Positions 52,060-62,428 of a stretch of DNA of 64,000 nucleotides are shown piece by piece. The notes beneath the pieces are model-generated. The model saw only the letters and a program-made list of their open reading frames with translations, was not told where the DNA came from and searched no databases. The position numbers were made by a program, and so were the translations under genes. Each line of letters opens with the position of its first letter. The first letter of the stretch is position 1. The DNA comes from a virus: the IMG/VR virus record IMGVR_UViG_3300045988_051021; one strand, given 5' to 3'.

Positions 52060-55000
52060 ATGGGTAAATGTAAATTTAACAAGAATGACTCTAACTTAGA
52101 CTTACAGGATGTATTACAAGACACACTGGAAGAAATCTGGGAAGAGAAAGACGAATTTAGTAGAAAGGCGATGTTTATTAATAGTCTGAAAGAGATAGGA
52201 GAGGGGTACGATATTACGTCCCTCTCCGACCTTGCAGATTTTATTGATGCATTCGTTATGGAGGTTGCTCCAGTATTGCATGATATAGTTCCAACCAACA
52301 TGACCACCTATCTTTCCGGTCAAAGTAGTAACATTGATGATACTGCTGAAGAGAATCCTACCAAGTTGGATGCTTTGGATGACCCTGAAGGTAACGCTGA
52401 TGCAAAACAAAGGATTAGAGGATTTATAGTAACTAATTATGGTACTGCAACTGAAATTGCCTCAGCAATGGAAGCTAGTGTTACTGATAATATAGTTAAG
52501 TGTTTTCTTGTGGATAGAGAGGCTGGTAAGGTGATTAAGACTGAGCATGAAATTAATGAAGCCTTAAGGAATTATCAAGAAACTCTATTGCAAGATGTAG
52601 TTGGTTATCTAAAGGATGCATATTCTAAACTTCCATCAGAAGATGTACAGGACACTCTAGAGAAGCTGTCTAACCTTACTATGTGGAAGGATGGAGTATA
52701 TCTAAATGCCGTAGGAGAGTTAAATGCTGTAGGAGAAAGATTCCTCCATCATTCACACTTTACCGCTGATGAACTTAGAAAGATATATTCTAGGAATAGA
52801 ATTATTGACAAGAAGTTTATTAAGGCATATAATAGTTTAGTTATTTTAAATCACTTTGATGATTTACTTAGCTCTAAATTAGGGAAAGTCTTAAAGATTA
52901 ATGAGAACTATCCTAAGTATAGTGCAGAGGATAGATATTCTCTTATAAGTACAGGAGCCAACAATAGTAGGAATTGGGGAGATAAGGAGAAAGATGTAAA
53001 TATGAATGACCATGTGTCGGACATAACTAAGCTATTAGTTGAGACTTCTCCTATATACACTTGGGGAAATAGTACTCCGATTGCAGATAAGAAGGTTAAA
53101 CTAGACGCATTTAACTATATTATATCTAAAATCAAGAGTTTAACTAACTCTCCTGATATTCACAATTCTTCTCTTACATTTGATGGGATGTTCTTCCTTA
53201 AATATCCTCAGTTTGAACATTTGCGTTCTTCCATTGAAGGTAAATCTTTCTATACATTATTATCCTCAGCTAGCACAGGTAACGTGCTTGAGAACTATCA
53301 TGCACTATTTGAATTGTTGTGTGATGACTCATTCTTTAACAGCAACTATGAGCTACTTAGAGGGTTTAGAAGTATAGAAAAGAACTTAGTTTATTCATTG
53401 AGGCAAGGAATCTTTAGTAGTGATGCACACTCCTTATTTGGAATTTATAAGAATAATGTTCTTGATACTAACTACTACTCCTTTATCTGCCAATTAGTGG
53501 CAACTGCTAGTCCTCTTGATTTTGTGCAATATAGAGTTAATGAGGATGGGGATATAGTTAGAGCAACTTTGAGGGATAATCTTAACAGGCAATTAAGGAA
53601 TCAACTTGAAAGAAGTATTTCATCTGCGTTGAGCGTTACAGCTCCTACTAAGTATGAATCAATGATTGCTAAGTATAATCCTAGATATGAGGAAGATAAG
53701 GTTACAGACCCCAAGGAAGGTGTGAAGACTATTTCTGTATTTAGATTCCATATACCAGACTTGAATGTGTCTATTCAATTCAATCCAAAAGCGAAGAGGT
53801 CTAATGCCTTCTCTATATCAAGAGACGGTAAAGCATTAGTTTCATTTAACGGTGAGGAAGATTGGAATAAGGCTCTTCAATTCTTCAAGGAATTCTTATA
53901 TTTAGACTTTGTTTCTGATGGACCATTAGTTGAAAGCTATCTTGCATTAAAGACGAAGAATGGTAACATTCAATATGATGCAGCAATTAGTGACCTACTT
54001 CAACTTAGTACTAGCATATTCTTTAACTCTTACTTCTCTCATAACTTGGTTCCTAAAGAAACAAGTACACAGGAGTTTAGAAGAAAGCAAGAGGAGGTAT
54101 TTGGAACTGAGAACCTAACCTCTATAAAAAGAGGGGCTAAGGATATTGGTGTTCTACTTCCTAGCTATGTACCAGTAATGGAGGATTTAGCTGCTGCCTA
54201 TGCTATGACTACAGATGCTTATGTTAGTGGTATAAACAGGGACGGAGAAGGTCGTGCATTATCTGGAGTTGCTATGTCAATGCTTGGTACTAACTACAGA
54301 AGTCAGTGGACAAATCAGTGTATGAATATGAATTCCGCTACTAATGGATTATCCCTTCTGAATAATACATTCTTGCATAGAGGAATGGTGGTATCGAGAG
54401 AGTATAAAGGTAGGACTGATAGTAAGAAGCATATTGATTTTAATATGTCAGAATCCTTCTATACTGCATTTGTAAGTAATTATTTATGTAATATTGCTGG
54501 AAATACAGATGCTGCTTTCTTACCTTCTGTTATCTCAGATAAGTCTACTTTGTTCCACATGGTTGAAAATCTGAACGCCCTCAGCCCTCTAGGTAAACCC
54601 TTCAATAAATTAACTAAAGATGAGACCATAGCTATTATTAATAAAGAGCTTGGGGATTGTTATGCAAAGATAATAAACTCCATAACCTTTGAATGGGAGA
54701 GATTAAACTCTGCCCTTAAGAGCATAGACAGTTCTTTAGTGTTCAACAACCCGACTCAATATCCCTTATTAGCAAGTAAGGGAATAATTCCTGTATTTAA
54801 TCCTATGACTAATTTCGCAGAAGTGAATACCGTTTATGGAAATGATTCTAGGAAGGTACTTGAAGAAGTATTAAGGGTTTATCAGAATGTGGTTAGAGGT
54901 CCAGAATTGGAGATTAAAGACGAGGTATCATTCCAGGGAGGTAAAACTCTTTCATTTAACAGAACACTAATATCCCTTACTAATAGGTTTAATCCTGAGT

Positions 55001-58000
55001 ATTTTACTAGGGCTGGACTTAATGTGGAAGAGGTATTTGGCAAGTTAACCAATAGTGACGACTTCTGGAGAATTAAGGAGGTAGAACTATTAACTGACTT
55101 ACTTGATAATGATTTTACAATTGAAACTACTGATGAGAGAGGTAATGCACTTACCACTCCCGAAGTAGCCTACCTAGCTAAGAATAAAGATTGGATAAAA
55201 TTCTCTACTAAGCGGGTAATATTAGCTAAGTATACTAACTTTGGTAAAACTTTTGATATTACTAAATGGTCTGACCTATATTCTATTGGAGGTTACACTG
55301 AGAATGGAATATCTTATAATTGGGGAAGTCCCGGATTTAGTTTCTCTAAGTTCCTAGAACTTAGAGGTGGTGAGTTACAACTTCATCCTGACTTAGCTAG
55401 ATTTAATGTAATAGATTATCTTCTTAGTCAAGAGTATGTTCTAACTACTGTAGGTACTCATGCTAATCATCCCGCGAAGAAAGCCACAGCTAGTCCTAAT
55501 GATTTAGTTGAGGAGGCTGCAAGGTACATTGCTCAGCATAAGAGAAATGTATCAGACACAGCTGCTAAGCAGGTTATGAGCCAAGGCTTAATAAACGGAA
55601 TATTACCTGAGTATACTATTGCCGTTATCGAGGATGATACTGCTCCTACCTATAATCCTATGGGAGACCATGATGAGCATGGGGTTAAACAATATGATGG
55701 TAGTACATTTGCATCTCCTGAAACAACGTATTTGGAGAATAACTCTCTTGGTGGGGCTAAAGTAGGTGCTGATAAGAAACCTTTTGTGCATTTTTATAAA
55801 GAAGGAAGTGCTACTGGAGGTATTATCAAAACTGCCACATTCGCCCTTACTAACTATACCATGAGTAACAGCAAATTCCTACAAAGGATGGTTAAGAAGA
55901 TGTGGAGTAAGAATTGGGAATTCGAAGGAGTATTATTTAATGATAATGTGCTTGTAGATTTCCAAGGCAATCCTATATCTTACGAAGACGTTTACTATAA
56001 GGGAACAGATGGTAAATTCTACATGATTAATAGTATCACCTATATGCCAGAGGATGGTACATATATGATAATTAAGTCAGAAGTAGAGCCTGATGGTACT
56101 ATAGTGAAACAACTCCCTGCTGAGATTACTCCCAAACCAGGGGAAGCTCCTAGGGTTACGAACAGTGGAATTACACTCTATCCTGTTACAAACAACTTTG
56201 GTTTATTTCAAATGTTTGGCGGTTGGAGGTCTTATTCACAATCTGAAGATGGGTTAATTCCGTCTGAGGTCTCAGTAAGAAATGTAGTCAAAGCTGTTAA
56301 CGGTGTGGGGATTAAACTGAAGGACTCAGTTGTCTCCCAATCGGATGTGTATCAACCTCTAAAATGGTCTTCTATTCAGTATGTAGTAACCGCTGGTGCT
56401 ATTAAGCAAGGGGCAGCTAACGTAAACCTGAAACATGCTTATTTTGATGATAACCCATACTTGACAATGAAGTTTAGAACTGATGATATTGGTATTCAGT
56501 TAGATGCAGAGCATACTGCTGATGAATCTACTTTATCAATTATGACTCAAGTAATCAATGCTTTGGCTTCGAGGGGTTATACTACAGAACAAGCTGGAGA
56601 AGTTTATGAGGCTATGTTTGCACTATCAGAAGCCGGAATCAATGACTATGTTGAAGGATTTGAACAGTATGTAGACACTAAAGATGCATCCAAGTTCAAG
56701 GATGCAATCATATCTACTATAGTTAAATCTATCCAGAATAGTACAAGTAGGGACGGCAATCTAATGCAAGCTGTTATGGATACTCTAATAGAAGATTCTA
56801 GGGCGGGTAAGTTAATAACCTATAAGAATGTAGAAGGTACAATTCCATATAGTAATCCTAGTGTTTTTAATGGAATCTTCTCTTCTATTTCTGCCACACT
56901 TACTAAGGCGGCTATTAGACTTAAATTTAATGGTAGCCTTGCAGTGTTAAATCCCTCTCATAAGATTTGGAAGTTATATGGAGATAGAATGTATGACTCT
57001 TTTAATAATGATGAAGAAATTCAAAAGTTACAAGAATTATACAATTCTAAACCTATAACTAACTTATCTGAACTGAAGCTTGGTAGGTACTATACAATTA
57101 CGGTAGATGGGATTACCAGTACTGAGTTTATAGAAACGCCTCAACAATATTGGGATTTGGAAAGCAGGCTAGCTGACAAAGACTTCCGTATAGTTGAAAA
57201 CATTACTGCTGGTAGAGATTTAGCCTCATATAATTTCACATTTAGAGATGTTCAGGGCAACCTTTATAATATGTGGGATTTAGATGTAGTTAAATCACTA
57301 TACACTACTGTTGACCCTCAAGAGAAGATACTGCTAAGAAGAGAACTCCAAAATGCTCTTGGAGCAGTAAGTAACGGCAAACTAGATACTGTAGTCATTA
57401 ACGGGGTGGTAGTACAAGTTGACAAGTCTTCTCTTCAAACTCAACCATTTGAGTTAATAATGCCTAAAATCTATGCAAGTAGATTTGGATTGAAGAGGGG
57501 GGATAGTCTATCTACCATCAAGAATGATGATACGTTCTTCCTAAAGAGAATGCTATCTAACTGGGAAAGTAAGGTTAGTGATACTGATTTTGATATTGAA
57601 TTGAAGAGGCTAAACGGCAAACACGTATACTTAGTTGATAAGAGAGTTTATAAGAACACTCGTCTAACTCCTATAGAAATTGAGACTAGATGGGATGGGG
57701 CTAAACTTTACAGAGTTAATAGCTCTGGAGAGAAGCTGCACAGACTGTCTGATGAATCTGATAGGGTATATGTGGATGCTAATGGTAATGAGATAATTGT
57801 TACCAACAACACTCAATTCTATATTGATTCTTTCAACTATCATACTATCAGAGTATCTAATAGTGCTGCCACAAGTGAAGAAGTTAGTAAGATTATTCAA
57901 CCTATACTGGATTCTAGAGCCAAAGTAGCTAGCAGATTTGCTAAATATATAGGTAAGAGTAACCCTACTGACATTATAACTTATGTAAACAGGCTATATT

Positions 58001-61000
58001 CTGAGAGTATTGATAAATTGAGAACTAATCCTAGAGCTAAAATTGAAGACCCAAACATTGATGCTATAAGAGATGCTGCTGCAGAATTGCATACATCTTT
58101 TATTAAATCTTTGGATGTCTTAGCTGCTCGTATCCCTGCTCAGTCTATGCAATCATTCATGCCAATGAGGGTAGTAGGATTTGATGAAACGGACACAAAC
58201 TCCGCCTATGTAAATTATTTCCAGTTCTGGTTACAAGGTTCTGACTTGGATATTGACAAGGTTTCCTTATTAGGTCATTCATTTGACAGAACAGGTAAAT
58301 ATGTTGGATGGAGTCCCTACTTTAATTTAAGTTCTCAGAATGCTCTAGCCGAATCTGAGAAACTTCCATTCCCTACAAATAAAGAGCTAGAATTAGTTGA
58401 AGCTGATGATACATCATTAACTAATTGGGCGCATGATTTTGTAGGTTCAGGTAAATTGTTTAACTTTAACGGTTCAGAAGTAGTATTTCTACCAGAATAT
58501 GACTTGGACAATTCTTTAGGTTCGGTACAATCTCTATCGAATTTCTTAAGAATGGTTAAGAGGAATGGTGGTAAGCTATATATTCCTAAAGGTTCTAATC
58601 TTCCATTTGATAAAATCAAGGAACTGATTGACCGACATAACTTATATGTAAGGAACTCTAGCAATCCCGAAGATATGATTAAGAATTTCATATCCTCTTA
58701 TATGTTTAAGATTAGTGATAATCCTATTAACTTAATGCAGTCACAATCATCTATTGATGATGCTGTAGCTCTGTTAAAGGATATAGCTAAAGGGTCAACA
58801 GAAGGTCAGAGAACTCTACAATTTACTCCAGGTAATGTAGTAAATAAGTATGAGTCCATGTATGACTTTCAATCTGGTAAGAAGAATGTTGGTATAGTTG
58901 CATCTGCCATTAAGGTATTTGATGGTCTAACTTACTACAATAATGCCACATTAAATAGTAATAACCCAATAAAACAATATGGTCTACTATTTAATAGGGC
59001 TATTTGCGGTAGTAGATTTAGATTGCTAGCTAATTCATATACTGATAGTCCTGAATCCATAAGTAATCTTGAAGTATTAGATGCATTACGAAGTGTGGAC
59101 AATGATACAGATGCTAAGCTAGTATTCTCAGCATTGATGTCAGCTGCAACTGATAATGCTAAAGACCCGATATTGGCTAAAATCAATGCCGGACCTAATA
59201 TGATGGGATTATATACTTACGGTACAGCAATTGGAATTCCTCTTAAGGATTTAGCTGGAGCTATGATGTCCAGAACTGCTCGTATACTCTCTAAGCTCAT
59301 GGATTCTAATGTATTTAATAGAAAGGCTGGTATGTCAATTACTAGTGCTATTAGATATATTGAGAATGGTCCAAGTATTGGGGAGTTAGACCCAGAATTT
59401 GTTTCTATACTAAAGAGTGAGTTTGGGTCTGGGACAGATGCATCTGATTTTGTAATAGGTAAAATGCTACAATATAGGCTCTCCGACCTATCTAAAGGTC
59501 ATGAATTGATTGATAGTTTAAGAAAGAGAATCAAGTCTATGGATGTATCTATGAACAAAGTCTCAATGTATAAATTCTTAGAAGAGTTATCTGATTATAT
59601 CAGGTTTGTTAATACGATAAACAATGACATTATCACTAACTCAGAAGGGGTTCAATACAGAGTTATTGATTCAATCAAACAGCTAGTCCAAGGTGCATCT
59701 GAAATGGGTAGATTGAGAGGTATCTATGCCCTCAATCAAGGTCTCTCTAATAGTGTTGAAGACTCCCTTAAATTTATTGATAAGTTCGAAGGAATCTTTG
59801 AAGATAGAATTAAGGAAATATCAGCTGAAGAGAAAGAGGGTACTGTAATGGTTGACGGAATGATTATGAAGGTTTCTGATGTTATAGCAAAGCTAAGAAA
59901 TCTAACTAATAATACTGACAATCCATATAGAATCTCCTTTAGTAAATTTATGTCTGATGAGGAATATAGAAGCACTTTAATCTCTCTGTATGGAGGATTA
60001 AAGCACTCCTTCAACGTATTGGATGCAGCATGGTCTGTACCTCACTATAGAGGGTATTTGAAAGCCTTCCATATGGATGTAGAAAGCAAGTATATGGTTA
60101 TGTCCAAGTATAGAATGATGAGGGATTTAGGTCCTAGAATTATTAAGGGCGGTGGATTCTACAGTAGTAAAGAAAGGTCTAATGTTTATAAGAAGTTACA
60201 GTCATTCTGTGACATGACTCTTAGGAACACTTGGATGAAAACTTCTGAGAAGGTAATTACAATCCCAGCTGGTGTTACTATTATGAATAGTATTGGTAAC
60301 ACATTTACTACTCAAGGTAATACTCCTATTATGTTAGGAACAAGATGGGGTAATGAGTCATTTAAAATGTGGATGGATTCTGTGGTAATTCCTGAATTAA
60401 AGGATATAGAACCTAATGAATTTATTCAATCTTTAAGTCCAATTAGATTAGATAGAACCCTTAGTGGTAACGCTGCATTCGTATATTCTTTGCCAACTAA
60501 TATGTTACCAAAGACTGGTTCGGAGGTAGAGCGTTTTAATAGGTATAAGAGAGCCTTTAACCAATTGCAAGGTGCTCCAACATATCAAGGGTATCCATTG
60601 ACAGACCTGTTCTTCTATTATAATCTAATAAACTTTAATAACACTGTATCTCAAAGTTCTTTAACTACTATCTTTGAGGATATTATCAGAACAAAATCCT
60701 CTCCATTAATAGAGGAGTTTCATAAGTTTACGTCTGTACTTGATTCTAACTCAATGTTAGTTGAGGGGGTAGACTTCACTTATGACGAAGCTCTAAAATG
60801 GTGTGCTCCTATTGAAGATACTAACTATTCATCTAAGTATTATGTTAGAAGCTATGATGATTCTAATATGAGATATCACTTATTTGTTAGGAAGTCTAAT
60901 TCAATGGATAGCCAAGAGGTAGATGGAGATTTTGAATATGATTCTGATTATATGGATTTTGTATCTGATGATTATGACAGTGGGGATATGGGAGGTTATC

Positions 61001-61338
61001 AATATGGACCAAACCTAGAGGATTATACAAGAGTTATTGAGAATACTAACTACACTAATCCTTGGGATGTTGCGGATATATATAATGACCATAACATAAG
61101 AATTGACTCAAACTCTGTGATTAATCTTGATGTTGATAGGAATCTAAAATCTATAAGCTATAGGGGTAAAACTTATAGTAGAGAGACTTTAGTTAAACTG
61201 GCTGAATCCTTAGGTGGTTCTGAATCAGACTTAGATGTACCTTATGTAACTAGAGTTGTTGATGGTATGAATGTTAAAACTGTTGATAGTCTACAATATT
61301 CTGCAATCATAGCTCAATTATTAGACAATCCTTGTTAA
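52060..61338 (+). CDS. giant virion protein (3092 aa), candidate crAss-type virion-packaged two-barrel RNA polymerase
   Basis: Uninterrupted 9.3-kb ORF; FWLQGSDLDIDKVSLLG contains DxDxD (DLDID, nt 58243-58257, residues 2062-2066), the metal-binding signature of double-psi beta-barrel RNAPs reported for crAss-like phage virion RNAPs; gene position is at the end of a giant-protein block. Confidence 0.7.
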   Translation: MGKCKFNKNDSNLDLQDVLQDTLEEIWEEKDEFSRKAMFINSLKEIGEGYDITSLSDLADFIDAFVMEVAPVLHDIVPTNMTTYLSGQSSNIDDTAEENPTKLDALDDPEGNADAKQRIRGFIVTNYGTATEIASAMEASVTDNIVKCFLVDREAGKVIKTEHEINEALRNYQETLLQDVVGYLKDAYSKLPSEDVQDTLEKLSNLTMWKDGVYLNAVGELNAVGERFLHHSHFTADELRKIYSRNRIIDKKFIKAYNSLVILNHFDDLLSSKLGKVLKINENYPKYSAEDRYSLISTGANNSRNWGDKEKDVNMNDHVSDITKLLVETSPIYTWGNSTPIADKKVKLDAFNYIISKIKSLTNSPDIHNSSLTFDGMFFLKYPQFEHLRSSIEGKSFYTLLSSASTGNVLENYHALFELLCDDSFFNSNYELLRGFRSIEKNLVYSLRQGIFSSDAHSLFGIYKNNVLDTNYYSFICQLVATASPLDFVQYRVNEDGDIVRATLRDNLNRQLRNQLERSISSALSVTAPTKYESMIAKYNPRYEEDKVTDPKEGVKTISVFRFHIPDLNVSIQFNPKAKRSNAFSISRDGKALVSFNGEEDWNKALQFFKEFLYLDFVSDGPLVESYLALKTKNGNIQYDAAISDLLQLSTSIFFNSYFSHNLVPKETSTQEFRRKQEEVFGTENLTSIKRGAKDIGVLLPSYVPVMEDLAAAYAMTTDAYVSGINRDGEGRALSGVAMSMLGTNYRSQWTNQCMNMNSATNGLSLLNNTFLHRGMVVSREYKGRTDSKKHIDFNMSESFYTAFVSNYLCNIAGNTDAAFLPSVISDKSTLFHMVENLNALSPLGKPFNKLTKDETIAIINKELGDCYAKIINSITFEWERLNSALKSIDSSLVFNNPTQYPLLASKGIIPVFNPMTNFAEVNTVYGNDSRKVLEEVLRVYQNVVRGPELEIKDEVSFQGGKTLSFNRTLISLTNRFNPEYFTRAGLNVEEVFGKLTNSDDFWRIKEVELLTDLLDNDFTIETTDERGNALTTPEVAYLAKNKDWIKFSTKRVILAKYTNFGKTFDITKWSDLYSIGGYTENGISYNWGSPGFSFSKFLELRGGELQLHPDLARFNVIDYLLSQEYVLTTVGTHANHPAKKATASPNDLVEEAARYIAQHKRNVSDTAAKQVMSQGLINGILPEYTIAVIEDDTAPTYNPMGDHDEHGVKQYDGSTFASPETTYLENNSLGGAKVGADKKPFVHFYKEGSATGGIIKTATFALTNYTMSNSKFLQRMVKKMWSKNWEFEGVLFNDNVLVDFQGNPISYEDVYYKGTDGKFYMINSITYMPEDGTYMIIKSEVEPDGTIVKQLPAEITPKPGEAPRVTNSGITLYPVTNNFGLFQMFGGWRSYSQSEDGLIPSEVSVRNVVKAVNGVGIKLKDSVVSQSDVYQPLKWSSIQYVVTAGAIKQGAANVNLKHAYFDDNPYLTMKFRTDDIGIQLDAEHTADESTLSIMTQVINALASRGYTTEQAGEVYEAMFALSEAGINDYVEGFEQYVDTKDASKFKDAIISTIVKSIQNSTSRDGNLMQAVMDTLIEDSRAGKLITYKNVEGTIPYSNPSVFNGIFSSISATLTKAAIRLKFNGSLAVLNPSHKIWKLYGDRMYDSFNNDEEIQKLQELYNSKPITNLSELKLGRYYTITVDGITSTEFIETPQQYWDLESRLADKDFRIVENITAGRDLASYNFTFRDVQGNLYNMWDLDVVKSLYTTVDPQEKILLRRELQNALGAVSNGKLDTVVINGVVVQVDKSSLQTQPFELIMPKIYASRFGLKRGDSLSTIKNDDTFFLKRMLSNWESKVSDTDFDIELKRLNGKHVYLVDKRVYKNTRLTPIEIETRWDGAKLYRVNSSGEKLHRLSDESDRVYVDANGNEIIVTNNTQFYIDSFNYHTIRVSNSAATSEEVSKIIQPILDSRAKVASRFAKYIGKSNPTDIITYVNRLYSESIDKLRTNPRAKIEDPNIDAIRDAAAELHTSFIKSLDVLAARIPAQSMQSFMPMRVVGFDETDTNSAYVNYFQFWLQGSDLDIDKVSLLGHSFDRTGKYVGWSPYFNLSSQNALAESEKLPFPTNKELELVEADDTSLTNWAHDFVGSGKLFNFNGSEVVFLPEYDLDNSLGSVQSLSNFLRMVKRNGGKLYIPKGSNLPFDKIKELIDRHNLYVRNSSNPEDMIKNFISSYMFKISDNPINLMQSQSSIDDAVALLKDIAKGSTEGQRTLQFTPGNVVNKYESMYDFQSGKKNVGIVASAIKVFDGLTYYNNATLNSNNPIKQYGLLFNRAICGSRFRLLANSYTDSPESISNLEVLDALRSVDNDTDAKLVFSALMSAATDNAKDPILAKINAGPNMMGLYTYGTAIGIPLKDLAGAMMSRTARILSKLMDSNVFNRKAGMSITSAIRYIENGPSIGELDPEFVSILKSEFGSGTDASDFVIGKMLQYRLSDLSKGHELIDSLRKRIKSMDVSMNKVSMYKFLEELSDYIRFVNTINNDIITNSEGVQYRVIDSIKQLVQGASEMGRLRGIYALNQGLSNSVEDSLKFIDKFEGIFEDRIKEISAEEKEGTVMVDGMIMKVSDVIAKLRNLTNNTDNPYRISFSKFMSDEEYRSTLISLYGGLKHSFNVLDAAWSVPHYRGYLKAFHMDVESKYMVMSKYRMMRDLGPRIIKGGGFYSSKERSNVYKKLQSFCDMTLRNTWMKTSEKVITIPAGVTIMNSIGNTFTTQGNTPIMLGTRWGNESFKMWMDSVVIPELKDIEPNEFIQSLSPIRLDRTLSGNAAFVYSLPTNMLPKTGSEVERFNRYKRAFNQLQGAPTYQGYPLTDLFFYYNLINFNNTVSQSSLTTIFEDIIRTKSSPLIEEFHKFTSVLDSNSMLVEGVDFTYDEALKWCAPIEDTNYSSKYYVRSYDDSNMRYHLFVRKSNSMDSQEVDGDFEYDSDYMDFVSDDYDSGDMGGYQYGPNLEDYTRVIENTNYTNPWDVADIYNDHNIRIDSNSVINLDVDRNLKSISYRGKTYSRETLVKLAESLGGSESDLDVPYVTRVVDGMNVKTVDSLQYSAIIAQLLDNPC

Positions 61339-61342
61339 TTTT

Positions 61343-62428
61343 ATGGCAGTATGTCTTAATAAAAATTCAGTAGAGTACCAGACATTGTTAAAGATGTCTG
61401 GGCTCTCTGGATTTAAATTTAATGCTTTTGTATCTACATTTGTAGATAAATTTGGTAGGTATCCAGAGCTTGATGAGATACCTGGAGCTGACTCTAGACC
61501 TTACTTAAATAGTTCTTTGTCAGTAAAAACAGTAGATGATACAAGCTTTGTAAAGAATGATAAGATATTCTCTCAAACAGGAACAACAGATGTTAAAGAA
61601 GCTAATATTAGAATAAACAATACGTATAGGGACTTAGAAGTGGAACTAACTCCCTCTAGTGAAGTTTCAACTATACAAGTTAAAAAGCGTCCTAATAAGT
61701 GGGACAATGTATATGAAGGGGGAATAATCATAGATGATTCTACATCTCCTTCTAGAAATGTTGGGGTTTTCAATAGCATATTAGAGAAGCTAGCAAATTT
61801 ATATGGAATTAACTTCATTGGTATCACTAATGGAGAATTGTCTTCAGAACAATGGAATGGAATAGTGGATGATGCTAAAACAACTAATGCTTTCATCTAT
61901 AATGGAGATATATACATCAATATGGATAATTCTAGTATTGATGCTCCGCTACATGAAATGCTACATCTATTCTTAGGCTCAATTAGGTACAGCGACCCCC
62001 AGCTATACTTCTCAATGGTAGAAGCCATGAATGAACTACCTAATAGGTCAATGTTAGCCAGAGACTATAAGAATAGAACAGATTCAGACATAAATGAAGA
62101 ACTACTAGTATCAGAGTTCTCAAAATATATAACAGGACAGAGAAGCGTTATTGATAAGTTACCAGCTAATGTGTTACATAAAACATTCTATAATATGAAC
62201 AGAGTACTTGACTCCGTATTATTTGGTAAACAAAGTGTAACTACTATGAATCCAAAAGACCTATTTAACTCTTCTTTAGTAAAGCTATCAGAATACTTAG
62301 GCTCGGCATTAACAAACAACCAATACTCTGGGACCCTTAATGTTAAGTCTGCTGAGGTTCATAGAGTACTAGCTAATGTTAAATCAGATTTGATGAAAAG
62401 TAAAGACCTAAAAGAATTTTGTGGATAA
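61343..62428 (+). CDS. HExxH-motif protein (putative zincin metallopeptidase)
   Basis: APLHEMLHLFLG (HEMLH at 61952-61966); immediately downstream of the RNAP-like gene. Confidence 0.55.
   Translation: MAVCLNKNSVEYQTLLKMSGLSGFKFNAFVSTFVDKFGRYPELDEIPGADSRPYLNSSLSVKTVDDTSFVKNDKIFSQTGTTDVKEANIRINNTYRDLEVELTPSSEVSTIQVKKRPNKWDNVYEGGIIIDDSTSPSRNVGVFNSILEKLANLYGINFIGITNGELSSEQWNGIVDDAKTTNAFIYNGDIYINMDNSSIDAPLHEMLHLFLGSIRYSDPQLYFSMVEAMNELPNRSMLARDYKNRTDSDINEELLVSEFSKYITGQRSVIDKLPANVLHKTFYNMNRVLDSVLFGKQSVTTMNPKDLFNSSLVKLSEYLGSALTNNQYSGTLNVKSAEVHRVLANVKSDLMKSKDLKEFCG

Noticed and set aside
52705-52740. 18-nt tandem duplication NAVGEL/NAVGER in the 3092-aa gene, considered as a repeat feature
   Set aside because: It is a single in-frame duplication of six codons, most simply replication slippage. 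It is too small to count as a repeat array and is mentioned only under the RNAP finding.
186-53377. Alternative-frame + strand ORFs (186-377, 19153-19395, 22739-22936, 31950-32138, 35624-35809, 40223-40432, 53180-53377)
   Set aside because: Each is nested out of frame inside a longer + strand gene with better evidence: PolA, PncB, Pnkp, YqeY and the giant virion proteins.
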